From NCBI GenBank assembly GCA_951406725.2, contig OX597817.1, positions 29,016,001 through 29,080,000 of the forward strand: a stretch of 64,000 nt of DNA, written 5' to 3'. A program made the position numbers and the translations under genes. Numbering within the stretch: the first letter of the stretch is position 1; every line of letters starts with the position of its first letter. Below the pieces are notes generated by a model, which saw nothing but the letters and a program-made list of their open reading frames with translations, was not told the DNA's origin and made no database searches. Below, one piece after another: positions 12,981 through 25,100 of this stretch. The DNA is from Octopus vulgaris. Lineage: Eukaryota.

Positions 12981-13896
12981 AAGTTGGTATTGTTGTATAA
13001 GAACAGATAAAGGATTGAGAAGATTCTCTAATCTTGCCTCATACAGTCCCTCTAGTACTAGTGGCATGATAAAATGCACCCTATACTTTCTGTTAGCTGG
13101 TTAGTGATAGGATAGGCATCCAGTCATAGACAGACACGGACTTAGCGATCCACATTATAGGCTACTCGTCTAGGAGGGCAGTAACTCAGAATAAGAATTG
13201 ATGTAGGGTAGAGGGAACTCTTAATCTTTTCATAAATAGCTTCTCTGATGCTTATGGCTGGATCAAAAGTATGTCGTTGTCACAACAAACTAGGCTGGTT
13301 TTCTTTGTTGCTCTGTGTATCAGATAAGTAAACAGTGACAAGTGAGATGGTTCCTTGAGACCCACCAGCCAGTGCTAGCATTGAAAAACACAGGAAATGA
13401 TGATTATGACTATGTTGTTATCAATGTCACCACTGATGACACCAAAAACTGTCAATGAACACAGATAACCATAAAATTCAGCATTATTAAAAGTCATGAT
13501 ATATGTGCCTGTAGTTATGTTATTGAGGATTTATTAATTGGAAGATTTGAGAGTTAAATTTTACAGTGATTGAATGAAAAACTGTTTTTTTATGATTTAT
13601 TTTATCAAACATATTTATAAACATTTTAATGTATACTGAGAATTTCAGATATAAACAACATATATAGCCGAGTCATTGGTTTAATTTGGTCTGATAATTT
13701 AGCTTATTGATATGATTTAGAAAAGAAAATCTATAAATAAATTATATGATCTGATTCAAAATGTGTATGGTAAAGACAGAATTTCAACTTATTGATATTA
13801 GACGCTATTTTTTTTGACAGGAAAGAAAGCAATATCTATGTATGACCCTTTACTGGTGGAAGTATAAAAGAAAGGTTGAATTCTTACTTGGAATAC

Positions 13897-14282
13897 ACTT
13901 TTACTTGTTTCAGTCATTTGACTGCGGCCATGCTGGAGCATCGCCTTTAGTCGAGGAAATTGACCCCCAGGACTTATTCTTTGTTTGCCTAGTACTTATT
14001 CTATCGGTCTCTTTTGCTGAACTGCTAAGTTACGGGGACGTAAATACACCAGCGTTGGTTGTCAAGCGATGTTGGGGAGACAATCACAGACACACAAACA
14101 CACACACATATATGCATATATACGACAGGCTTCTTTCAGTTTCCGTCCACCAAATCCACTCAGAAGGCTTTGGTCAGCCCGAGGCTATAGTAGAAGACAC
14201 TTGCCCAAGGTGCCACGCAGTGGGACTGAACCCAGAACCATGTGGTTGGAAAGCAAGCTACTTACCACACAGCCACTCCTAT
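13897..14282 (-). mobile_element. SINE family A
   Basis: Reverse complement of consensus. Confidence 0.9.
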
Positions 14283-15377
14283 GTATTGTAGATATTTTCT
14301 GTTTGTAGAATTGATATCCTGATGCTGTTTTACAGCAGAATGTGTACTAAACTTTCAGACCAAGACATCTTGTTTACAACGTTCTAATGCTTATGACTTT
14401 CAAACACTTATGTAGGCAAATCATTGAACTCTTTAGTGGTCGTTTTTCAGAGCAATGATTTGATGCTACAATTTCCCCAATGCAAAACTACCAAAGAGGA
14501 AAATAGCTTTCATTACTTTTATATGATAAAGCTAGAAATTTTATCTTATCTAAGTTGATTGTTAACTGTTAGTATAATGATATGCTCGGTGTACACAATT
14601 GAAACTGTATTAAATTAAGACTGTCATCTGTGTACCGTACCTAATGTATATTCACCATTAAAATGACTTTGTGGTTTTGTCCAAGAGAAAAATCTCTTTG
14701 TACACGTTGTGTTAAAAACACAGTATATATTGGAGCAAGGTGAGCATTACCCCAGCAGTAACTCACAAGAATGTTTGACATATTGTGACCTTTTTTGGCC
14801 TTGTCAATGACACACTGGCTTGGCTGAATGAAACTTGGTGTACAAATAAGTTTACATTATTTACAATGCTCAAGAAAGCCAAAACACATGTGACATTCTT
14901 GCGAATCACTGTTGGGACAATGTTCAAATCACCTCAATATATATTGTGCTTTCAACACGTCTATCAACAGATTTTTATTTCAAACAAAATCCACATCACA
15001 TATAACAATAGTGTATATTCACCAATTGTATTCAGCCTGACAAGCTTTCTACTATATCAGTGAATGTTCAGTTCATTGAATATCAAAGAGGACATATTTC
15101 AACTAGGTCCACAACAACAAGGTACACGTCATTGATGAGACCCAACAAGGCTGAAACAGATCTAGTGTTTTCATGAGTCACTTGCTGAGATGATATCTGC
15201 CTCACTTTGATATAAAATTGTGTCTTTAACACACCATATCTTTGAAGAGATCATTCAAACTAACACCACAACATCATGCCTTCCAGTGGTACACAAATCG
15301 CTACACAAATTACCTGCTTTTGACTAAATTCACAATTTAATTTATAGATTAGTGACTAGTTATTACTTTGAAAACTA

Positions 15378-15625
15378 TATATTTTAAATGCAAATTTGGC
15401 AGCGCCACATCTAGCTGAACAATTATTCTGTGCTGATGAAAGGAAATAACTTGGAAATCGCGATACACAAATATTGTTTTAAACTGAGTGGGGGTGCTAG
15501 ATTCCCTTGTTTGAAAATATAAGGACACAGATCGTGTCGTATAAGCCAGCTGGAGACGATGTCTCCTGGGGCTAAATTACAGCAACATTCGTCCTAAACC
15601 AGGACTGCCATGTTATGTTGGCAAA
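15378..15625 (+). mobile_element. Structured HHR-bearing element, diverged copy 2
   Basis: Shares aaatataaggacacag..gtgtc..ggagac..cct.gggctaaat..ggactg.ca with copy 1 and the same fold. Confidence 0.65.
15429..15469 (+). ncRNA. Minimal type-I hammerhead ribozyme motif
   Basis: tgtg-CTGATGA-aag gaaataa ctt g-GAAAT-cgcg-ATA^-caca; helix I tgtg/caca, palindromic CGCG loop; predicted cut after A15465. Confidence 0.75.
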
Positions 15626-16240
15626 AATATTCACTCTTAATTCACAGTGTTCAAAAAATAATTGTATCTCTGTTAATATCATTTAATTTACTCAGTAGCT
15701 TTAATATAAGTTTACTTTTGCTATTTGAATCTACTGAAATGCATCAGCCACTGTGATTATAAATCACAACACTGACTTACTGAAAGACTTGGAGTCTAAG
15801 ACATGTTAGATTAATGGGACTTGCCTCTCAGATATACCAAATGGTAACTTTTCACATTGAAACATTTTTTTTTTTTTTTTTTTTTTGCTTAACTACCAGA
15901 TGAATGTGCATGTAAAATGGATTGAATAATCACCTTTTTAATCATTTTAACTCTTTGAGACATTTCTAGTTATTTTGCAGAATTGAGTGGATAAATGGTA
16001 ATAATTCATTGGTAGAAAGCTTATCTCTAAGCTGTTACATTCAAGAAGATAATTTATGTTTTACTTGACACAATGAATCTTGAAGAGCCACACAATGCAA
16101 TACCTGGAATAAAACATACAACAGATATTGTTTATTCTCAAAAGTCTAAGTGTAGAAATGAAATATTCCTCATTGTGAATATACAAACATGTTTCATTTT
16201 AGAACTGAAACCCATATCAATATCTAAAATATAATTAGTG

Positions 16241-16496
16241 TCATCATCATCATCATCATCATCATTTAACGTCCATTTTCCATGCTAGCATGGGTTGGAC
16301 GGTTCAACTGGGGTCTGGGAAGCCAGAAGGCTGCACCAGGCCCAGTCCGATCTGGCAGTGTTTCTACAGCTGGATGCCCTTCCTAACGCCAACCACTCCG
16401 AGAGTGTAGTGGGTGCTTTTTACGTGCCACCGGCACAGGTGCCAGACGAGGCTGGCAGACAGCCACGATCTGCCAGCCTCGTCTGGCACCTGTGCC
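16241..16496 (-). mobile_element. Retroposon family C ((GAT)n tail, ggaagggcatccagc core), 5'-truncated with snap-back inversion
   Basis: (cat)n then near-identity to the 18053, 21213, 24884 and 52820 copies. Confidence 0.85.
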
Positions 16497-18052
16497 ATGT
16501 ACATGTATTTTGTAAATAATTGCTGCATGTATTAATGTGAACAAGTTATTTACGAATTAATGGAAACAGTAGATGTTAATATGTATTTGGTTGCTTCCCT
16601 AACTTAGATAAGAAGGTGCTTTTGCCCTGTTCTTTTTCTGTCTTGCAAGTTACTTGGTCAATTCTCTAGTACCAGATGCATGATAAAAGTACCCAGTACA
16701 CATTGTAAAGGGTTTGACATTAGGAAGGGTATCCAACCGTAAAAAACCATGCCAATACTGACATTGGGTGTTAATACAACCCTGTAGCTCACTAGATCAT
16801 GTCATCTGTATGGGAAACTAAATAATGATGATGATTATGATCATGATTGTGATGATGATGATGATGATGATGATTATTATTATTATTACAGAGGATTCTT
16901 TCTCAGAGTGATAATGGTATTTTTATTTTCATAATCTTGATAGGAAAACCTTGATTGTTAAACAGGTATTGCAACTAATTTTCTTTCAGAATTACATGTC
17001 AGAATCCCCCCCTTTTTAAATTGCGAGCAAGACATGTAGCTCTTCTACTGCGAGAAACTTGTTCTAGTCTTGCTCCTTCTATCATAATTAAACCCTTCAT
17101 CTCCTGGCAATTTTGAATTTCATATTCCTGCAAGCTACACGGCAACCTCTCTAGTGCTGCTTCTTTGGAAAAGCCCTCAGTGCATATAGTAAGGTGGTTG
17201 GTATTAGGAATGGCAACCAGACAAAGAGATCATACCAAAGTAGACAGTGAAGCACAATGCAGTCCTTGAACCCATTATAGCTTGCTATACTGTTCAACCC
17301 ATGCCAATAGGAACATGGATGTTTAAAAGATGATGATGATACATGCATACACACACATGCATATATATATATATACATGTATGGATGTAGAGCAAGCTAT
17401 ATTGCTAGGCAGTTAGATGAAAGTGGTCATAGAGACAAGATGCCCTACAACTTGATTAAGTTGAAGTGCCCTTTAACATTCCATAGTTAAAAGATTACTT
17501 CAATATGCACTACACCGAGTCTTCAGTTTTGTATAGTTATATCTTAGTTGCGTAAGCGTTCCTTATTAAACTATTATTACATGTAAATTCTCATCTTTGT
17601 AAATTATTTACGTTGTAAAATTATATTTATTGCATCTGCAGTGATTTGACCTGCTCTTATTCCCTACCCTCAATAAATATAATCTATAATTTATCTGCTA
17701 GTAAACAATTGCTGATCATATCCTTCATACTCTGATCTCAATTTCACCTTCTTCCTGTATTTCATTCTTTAGTTGCATTATTATATAAGGTTAAATATAG
17801 GCACAGTAAGTCTATAAGTCAACCATTCATTCATTTCTAAGGAATTCAGTCCTGTAATCTACCTTTTATTTGTTATTGGAAGAGGTTAAAGACTTTGGAA
17901 TAATTCTTTAATGAAGAAACAACTTCTTATATAGAGATATGAACATTATATAAATATATAAGCCTTGGTAATCGAATTCTAGAATCATGCTGAAGATAAT
18001 GCTTCACAAAATAATATAATAGTCACTAAAATTAGCTTTATAACACATAATA

Positions 18053-18248
18053 CATCATCATCCTCATCATCATCGTTTAGCGTCCGCTTTCCATGCAGGC
18101 ATGGGTTGGACGGTGCAACTGGGGTCTGGGAAGCCAGAAGGCTGCACCAGGCCCAGTCTGATCTGGCAATGTTTCTACGGCTGGATGCCCTTCCTAACGC
18201 CAACCACTCCATGAGTGTAGTGGGTGCTTTTTACGTGCCACCGGCACG
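18053..18248 (-). mobile_element. Retroposon family C
   Basis: Same consensus. Confidence 0.85.
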
Positions 18249-18262
18249 GATAATTTGTTAGC

Positions 18263-18328
18263 CTCCCCGGCGGGGAATTGAACCCTGGTCTCCCGCGTGA
18301 CAGGCGGGGATTCTTACCACTATACTAA
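18263..18328 (-). pseudogene. tRNA-Asp(GTC) pseudogene, 5' acceptor strand missing
   Basis: Minus strand ttagtatagtggtaagaatccccgcctGTCacgcgggagaccagggttcaattccccgccggggag matches eukaryotic tRNA-Asp but lacks the 5' tcctcg. Confidence 0.85.
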
Positions 18329-19166
18329 TACATTGAAATGTTTTCTTTTAGGGTAAATATTAATTCGTAATAATCAAACAAAATGTTTTAGTAGTTGTAA
18401 TCATTTCAATAAATTCTTTGGGTTTCGAATTTTACTGTCTAATGTATTCACATTTATTGTACGCCTACAATAACAGACTTATTAAATTGCGAGAACAGAA
18501 TCAATCAATTTCAAAATAATTTAAACAGACTTGGAAGATAAATTTCATTTTCTGATCAATCAGTTAGAAATAAAATCATTTACATATTTCTTCCTATTTT
18601 GTGATCATGGTTATTTGCAATATCATTTCATCTAACTAGCTAATAATTAATTTATTTAATTCTCCATGCAGTGCTCATGCATTTTCTTAAATTAGCCCTA
18701 ATTGATTAGACTCATCAAAGGCATTCAAGTCATAACCATCCAGCCATTTTTTCAGGAATTATGCACCACACCAAATTTGCCATTCCCTACTGATTCCTCC
18801 ACGTCTTTAGCCATTAGCGACAATTCTGATTTTGATGCCGTGTCTTAATGCTTGCTCTGTTGATTATTCTTGAAGATTATGCCTAAGTCCATGCTTGCAA
18901 TATTTTATAAATTACACTTGACTTTGTTACCATATGTCTGCCCCACCACCAATTGCCTTCTCATTTCATTTCTCTTTCCTACTGATATTATCTTTCAAGT
19001 TCAACATCTAGCTGCACCTCCAACTCATCTATTTAGACTCCCATTACTTTTTATCTCTGACCTGAATGCTTCATCTCAGCTTACTGGTCTGCAATTCCTC
19101 CTGTTTTCCACACTTTCAGTCTGAATTCTTTGTCTATTCCTATTTCTACAGCCATATTTATTCATT

Positions 19167-19491
19167 CTTCCCAGACTGGGCGTTGTGAGTGTTTATTGAG
19201 CGAAAACACCTAAAGCTCCACGAGGCTCCGGCAGGGATGGTGGTGGTGATCCCTGCTGTACTCTTTCACCACAACTTTCTCTCACTCTTACTTCCTGTTT
19301 CTGTTGTACCTGTATTTCAAAGGGCCGGCCTTGTCACTCTCTGTGTCACGCTGAATATCCCCCGAGAACTACGTTAAGGGTACACGTGTCTGTGGAGTGC
19401 TCAGCCACTTACACGTTAATTTCACGAGCAGGCTGTTCCGTTGATCGGATCAACCGGAACCCTCATCGTCGTAACCGACGGAGTGCTTCCA
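19167..19491 (+). mobile_element. tRNA-derived SINE family D, 5'-truncated
   Basis: Near-identical to 54007-54389 from ttcccagac onward. Confidence 0.9.
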
Positions 19492-19889
19492 TCCATTTAT
19501 TCATTTATGCTAAATACTACCATCCAAAGAAGACCCAATGTCTTCTGCCACATAACAGATCAGTTCACCTGTGCAACTTTCTCTTGTTCTGAAGCTGTCT
19601 GTGTATTTTGTATTAAACCTTTTGTTACAAATCTGGTTGAGGCCTGCTGCAGCATGTAGGTGCGGGTACTTAAGGAAACAAATTGATTGGTTCAGGATAC
19701 CTTCAAGGTGGAACATCTGTAGATTGTCGCTTCCACACATCAACTGTACTTCTTGGTACTTCTCTGTCATTTGTATTCCTCTACAACCATGATTTTCCCC
19801 TATCATGCTTACAACATTAACAACTTATTTTTCAAGCCATTTAAGAAACACACAAAAGCCGTTCGATTCACTTCAACATTTAAGTTTAA

Positions 19890-19939
19890 TTTGTCAAAAT
19901 ATTTTCGTCACTAAAATCCGCGACCTGTTCACTGACAAA
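19890..19939 (-). ncRNA. Hammerhead-like motif with GUGAACA (G3-C8) core
   Basis: Minus: tttgtca-GTGAACA-g-gtcgc ggatttta gtgac-GAAA-atat-TT^-tgacaaa; helix II keeps pairing via G-U. Confidence 0.65.
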
Positions 19940-19948
19940 AATCCATGC

Positions 19949-19981
<33 letters not shown>

Positions 19982-20135
19982 TGGAAGGTGTTTATAAGCC
20001 ATTTAAGAAACACACAAAAGCCGATCGATTCACTTCAACATTTAAGTTTAATTTGTCAAATATTTTCGTCGCTTGAAATTAACGTGTAAGTGGCTGAGCA
20101 CTCCACAGACAAAAATCTGAGATGCAGCACGGATT

Positions 20136-20185
20136 TTTGTCAGTGAACAGGTCGCGGATTTTAGCGACGAAAATATTTTGACAAA
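20136..20185 (+). ncRNA. Hammerhead-like motif with GUGAACA (G3-C8) core
   Basis: tttgtca-GTGAACA-g-gtcgc ggatttta gcgac-GAAA-atat-TT^-tgacaaa: 7-bp helix I, 5-bp helix II, palindromic AAAAUAUUUU; predicted cut after U20178. Confidence 0.7.
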
Positions 20186-20472
20186 TTAAACTTAAATGTT
20201 GAAGTGAATCGAACGGCTTTAGTGTGTTTCTTAAATGGCTTACAAACACCTTCTGCGCTGCAATTGTTTTCGTTCCAGTACACGATCTCAGATCAAATCA
20301 CTTGCTATACGAGTACATCTCCGTAAAACTTATTTTTCACTTTCAAACAATTCACTCACATAAGCTAAACAACCACGTCGATTTCCTCTTGCTACATCCG
20401 TCTATATTCATACTTCTACACAGTGCAGATACACATGCCAAGATGTTCCATTTATAACAGCAATAAATGGAA

Positions 20473-20852
20473 TGGAAGCACTCCGTTGGTTATGACGATG
20501 AGGGTTCCGGTTGATCCGACCAACGGAACAGCCTGCTCATGAAATTAACGTGTAAGTGGCTGAGCACTCCACAGACACATGTACCCTTAACATAGTTCTC
20601 GGGGATATTCAGCGTGACACAGAGTGACAAGGCCGGCCCTTTGAAATACAGGTGCAACAGAAACAGGAAGAAAGAGTGAGAGAAAGTTGTGGTGAAAGAG
20701 TACAGCAGGGATCACCACCATCCCCTGCCGGAGCCTCGTGGAGCTTTAGGTGTTTTCGCTCAATAAACACTCACAACGCCCGGTCTGGGAATTGAAACCG
20801 CGATCCTACGACCACAAGTTTGCTGCCCTAACCACTAGGCCATTGCGCCTCC
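20473..20852 (-). mobile_element. SINE family D, full length
   Basis: Head ggaggcgcaatggcctagtggttagggcagc on minus strand; matches the 54007 copy. Confidence 0.9.
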
Positions 20853-21212
20853 AACAGCAATAAATACACACTATTAAATTTCTGTTCCCTACATATAAAC
20901 GCCACCTCATTTCCATCCACTATATTGCACAGCAACACACTACATGCACTTACACATATGCACACATACACACCTATTTGAACAAATACAGCATACGCAA
21001 ATTGCACTACAGATGCACACACTCACTGCAGTGCACTTCCAGAACATACAAGGAACATACAAGGAAACCTACAAAAACATATACAGACAACATTTATGAA
21101 TACACCCTCCATTACCCACATACATATGTACACTACCCTACACATACACACAGCCCTATGTGCACATGCATGTGTACACCATACACATTAAGCCTGTTTC
21201 TGTAGTTCTATA

Positions 21213-22370
21213 TCATCATCATCATCATCATCATTTAGCGTCCGTTTTCCATGCTAGCATGGGTTGGACGGTTCAACTGGGGTCTGGGGAGCCCGAAGGC
21301 TGCACCAGGCCAGTCAGATCTGGCAGTGTTTCTACAGCTGGATGCCCTTCCTAACGCCAACCACTCCGAGAGTGTAGTGGGTGATTTTATGTGCCACCGA
21401 CACAGGTGCCAGACGAGGCTGGCGAACGGCCACGCTCGGATGGTGTTTTTATGTGCCACCGACACAGGTGCCAGATGAGGCTGGCGGACGGCCACGATCG
21501 GATGGTGTTTGTTACGTCCCCAAAGCACGGAGGCCAGTCTATGCGGTACTGGCTACGGCCACGTTCGGATGATTTTCTTGTGTGCCACCGGCACTGGTAC
21601 CACAAAGATACAAATTCCATTGATGTTCATCTATTTTGATTTGTTTTGATTTGATTTGATTTTCACTTGCCTCAACAGGTCTTCACAAGTGTCACAAGAA
21701 GGAAGGTATGCACAGGTGGACTGACTACGTCCCAGGTAGGGGCCACGGGTTATGGCCTGACTAGTCTTGCCGGGTCTTCGGATGGTATTTTTATGTGCCA
21801 CCGACACAGGTGCCAGATGAGGCTGGCGAACGGCCACGATCGGATGGTGTTTGTTGCGTGCCCACAGCACGGAAGCCAGTCGATGCGGTACTGGCTACGG
21901 CCACGTTCGGATGGTTTTCTTGTGTGCCACCGGCACTGGTACCACAAGATACAAATTCCATTGATGTTCATCTATTTTGATTTGATTTGATTTGATTTTC
22001 ACTTGCCTCAACAGGTCTTCACAGGTCTTCACAAGTGTCACAAGAAGGAAGGAAGGTATGCACAGGTGGACTGACTACGTCCCAAGTAGGGGCCATGGGT
22101 TATGGCCTGACTAGTCTTGCCGGGTCTTCGGTTGGTGTTTTTATGTGCCACCGACACAGGTGCCAGATGAGGCTGGCGGACGGCCACGATCGGATGGTGT
22201 TTGTTATGTGCCCACATCACAGAGGCCAGTCGATGCGGTACTGGCTACGGCCACGTTCGGATGGTTTGCTTGTGTGCCACCGGTACTGGTACCACAAAGA
22301 TACAAATTCCATTGATGTTCATCTATTTTGATTTGGTTTGATTTGATTTGATTTGATTTTGATTTGATAG
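21213..22370 (-). mobile_element. Retroposon family C with long tandemly repeated 5' region (~62-bp subunits within ~345-bp units, (GATTT)n)
   Basis: Units ~21447-21788, 21789-22138 and partial 22139-22367 are near-identical. Confidence 0.85.
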
Positions 22371-24883
22371 TTCTATATCCACATTTAAATATACTTCTCT
22401 TTACCAAATAACTACTGACTCCAACCCATTGTCTCCCTTTAAGCTTCTCTTTAGTGAAATCTAATTTCTTCTCCACTTTCTTCCATTCACCATTGATTCC
22501 ATATAGCAATGCATGCACACCCACACACCTATTTGAACTCACACCATCCCCATACAAACATAAATACACACACATATGTCCATACCTCTTTGACTAATTC
22601 TGTAATATCGTTCAATGGGATTATTTTTTCTCTTCCTGTTTTTTCATTACTTATATTTCTGATTTTCTTCTCTGCTTTTCTTTGAAGAAGAGCCACTGCC
22701 CCAAACTTCTTTCTAGCTTTAAACTAATATCATAAACTGTGTACCTTGTTTTGTGTGTCCTTTTCTACTACCTGTATCAAAAAAAAAGGAAGCAAAGCAG
22801 AAAAGAAATGTAAAGACACTGCAATTGTCTAAAGGAGACCCTTTGACAGGAAGAATCTCTTTACCAGAGAACTATTTCTTTACAATAGCCGTAAACAGAT
22901 GCAAGCACTTAAATGGTAACATTTTTTAAATCACTTTGGATGTATCTGTATTTGAGTTTTTTTAATGTACTAATACAAAACAACATGTATAATGGATGTT
23001 GTTCTTTGACGTGACACAACCTTCAAGAAATGTATCTACTTTGCTTGTGTTGATGTTATCTAGTCATTAGCAAACTGAATGTCATCACTTTTATGCACAA
23101 TCTTTACTTGAAAGCAGGCATAATTTTCTGAAATGTTACTACTGTTCAAAGGATATTTTGGTTCAGTACATTTAAATAAGGATTTTTTTTTTCTTTGGTG
23201 TAAATAAATCATTGACTAATGAAAATTTATTTCCATATTTTGAAGTGCTAAAGTGTGTGTCAGTCATCACTTACCAGCTAATGGAATCAATTAATTTTTA
23301 AGACACCCCTTATAACCCAAACTTTTGGAGCGACAGCTTCAAAACTGTCCAACTAAAGAAAATCAGTATATATGTACTTGTGTGTGTTTTATATATACAT
23401 AAGACATATATAAGCACACAGACACATGTATATATATATATATATGCAGTCGTGTGTGTGTACATGTGTTTTCATTCATGATTACAATCACTGACTGTAT
23501 GGCTATACGAATATTTTTATTGCTATTTATGGTCTTGCTGTTTTTGAACTAGTACCACTGAGAATTAGGAGTTGTAGTGATTGATATAAAGTGAATGCCA
23601 TAAATTTAAATAGTCCTCCCACTCTTTCTAATGACTTATAGTTAATTATGAGAATGCTGTTATTCTTATCATTAGTACTGCCAATATTAATGACAGCTAA
23701 GTAGACAGGGCAGAAACAGTAGCATGCTATCTCCCTACAATGTTATTCAAATCTTAAGTTGATTTTAACTTTCATGAAATAAGTACTTGTAATATGTCAC
23801 AAAAATGTTACTAACATACACTAATTATTTTATAAAAGAGTGGGTAGTACCTCGGCCACTTCTTTGATGCATGATAATCCTGCATGAAATAAGTCCAGAG
23901 ATTATCTGGCTTTTGCTGAGGGTACCATATATGAGACACTGTCCCAGGTTAGATACCCAGCTAAAAGCCTTACACCTTGTGAGACAAGGGTAAGGTAGTA
24001 AACGTTATCATAAACCAAGAGTAGATTCCTTTATACTTTATTAATTCCTGCAACCAAATTGATACCAAACATACTAATCAGGAGTTCATTAATGAGCCTC
24101 AAAAGATGTTTTTGATTTCTGTGTAACTCAAGAAAGCCTTTCAAGGAGACTAAGTTCACACCTTAGAAGAATCACTTGTGTTCAACTGGGGAAAGAGGCA
24201 ACAAGGATAGAGAAAGCACTTGCCCATCAGCTGTTGGGGTACAACCTGAATCTTAATTAATCAATGAGGCAAAATTCCATTGTCACTCAAGACAGTTGCC
24301 ATAAACTATTACTATTACAATTATTATATATTATATTTAAGACTTAGCTTACCTAACTTGTAACTCTGATTCAATCATTAATTATACATCAAGAAGTTAG
24401 CATACAATGAGATATGGACTAGTTATGCAATTTCATGTCTAGGTAAACAGAAAGTCACTTTTTTTCCTCCTATTTCTTCTGAACAGAACTATTAATACAA
24501 AATATGTATCTGTCTGTCTGTCTTTCTTTGTATATTTGCATCTGTGTGTAGCTAGATAGATAGATAGGTATGTAGGTAGGCAGGCAGATAATGTTTTGAA
24601 ACAATCAATGTTATCTACATTATCTTGTGATTTTAAGAAAGGTATGAAAGCATCACATTTCCTTTTCTCTAATATTAAATAAGAGATGCTGTCATCATTT
24701 TCATTATCATAGTAGTTGATTCTATGGTGCAGTAAAGTGTCTTTGTAAATTCAGATGTCTGAATAAGTTCAATTTAAGCTGAAGTATCTGATTGCAGCAA
24801 AGAACATCCCATTCATAAGTATTTTAGAAACAAGACAAGGTTAAATCAGAAAAGTGTATTATATCTGTATTAATATTTTTTTA

Positions 24884-25100
24884 TCATCATCGTTTAGCAT
24901 CCGCTTTCCATGCTAGCATGGGTTGAACGGTTCCACTGGGGTCTGGGAAGCCAGAAGGCTGCACCAGGCCCAGTCTGATCTGGCAGTGTTTCTACAGCTG
25001 GATGCCCTTCCTAACGCCAACCACTCCGTGAGTGTAGTGGGTGCTTTTTACGTGCCACCGGCACAGGTGCCAGATGGGGCTGGCAGATGGCCACGATCGA
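24884..25100 (-). mobile_element. Retroposon family C
   Basis: Same consensus. Confidence 0.85.

Larger units (their letters stand above)
19833..20325. mobile_element. Short repeat family E (inverted/tandem units) carrying a G3-C8 variant HHR
   Basis: Two minus units (19833-19948, 19982-20073) and one plus unit (20107-20325); another copy at 40885-41099. Confidence 0.8.

Noticed and set aside
15129-15168. ttgatgagacc..ggctgaaac HHR-like string
   Set aside because: Core mutated and no convincing helix I; at best a fossil
21375-22370. CRISPR-like or HDV-ribozyme-like appearance of the array (ccagcctcatctggc)
   Set aside because: No unique spacers and eukaryotic context; P1, P1.1 and J4/2 of an HDV fold could not be built
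22681-22710. ttgaagaagagc..ccaaac HHR-like string
   Set aside because: Too degenerate: no GAAA and no helix I
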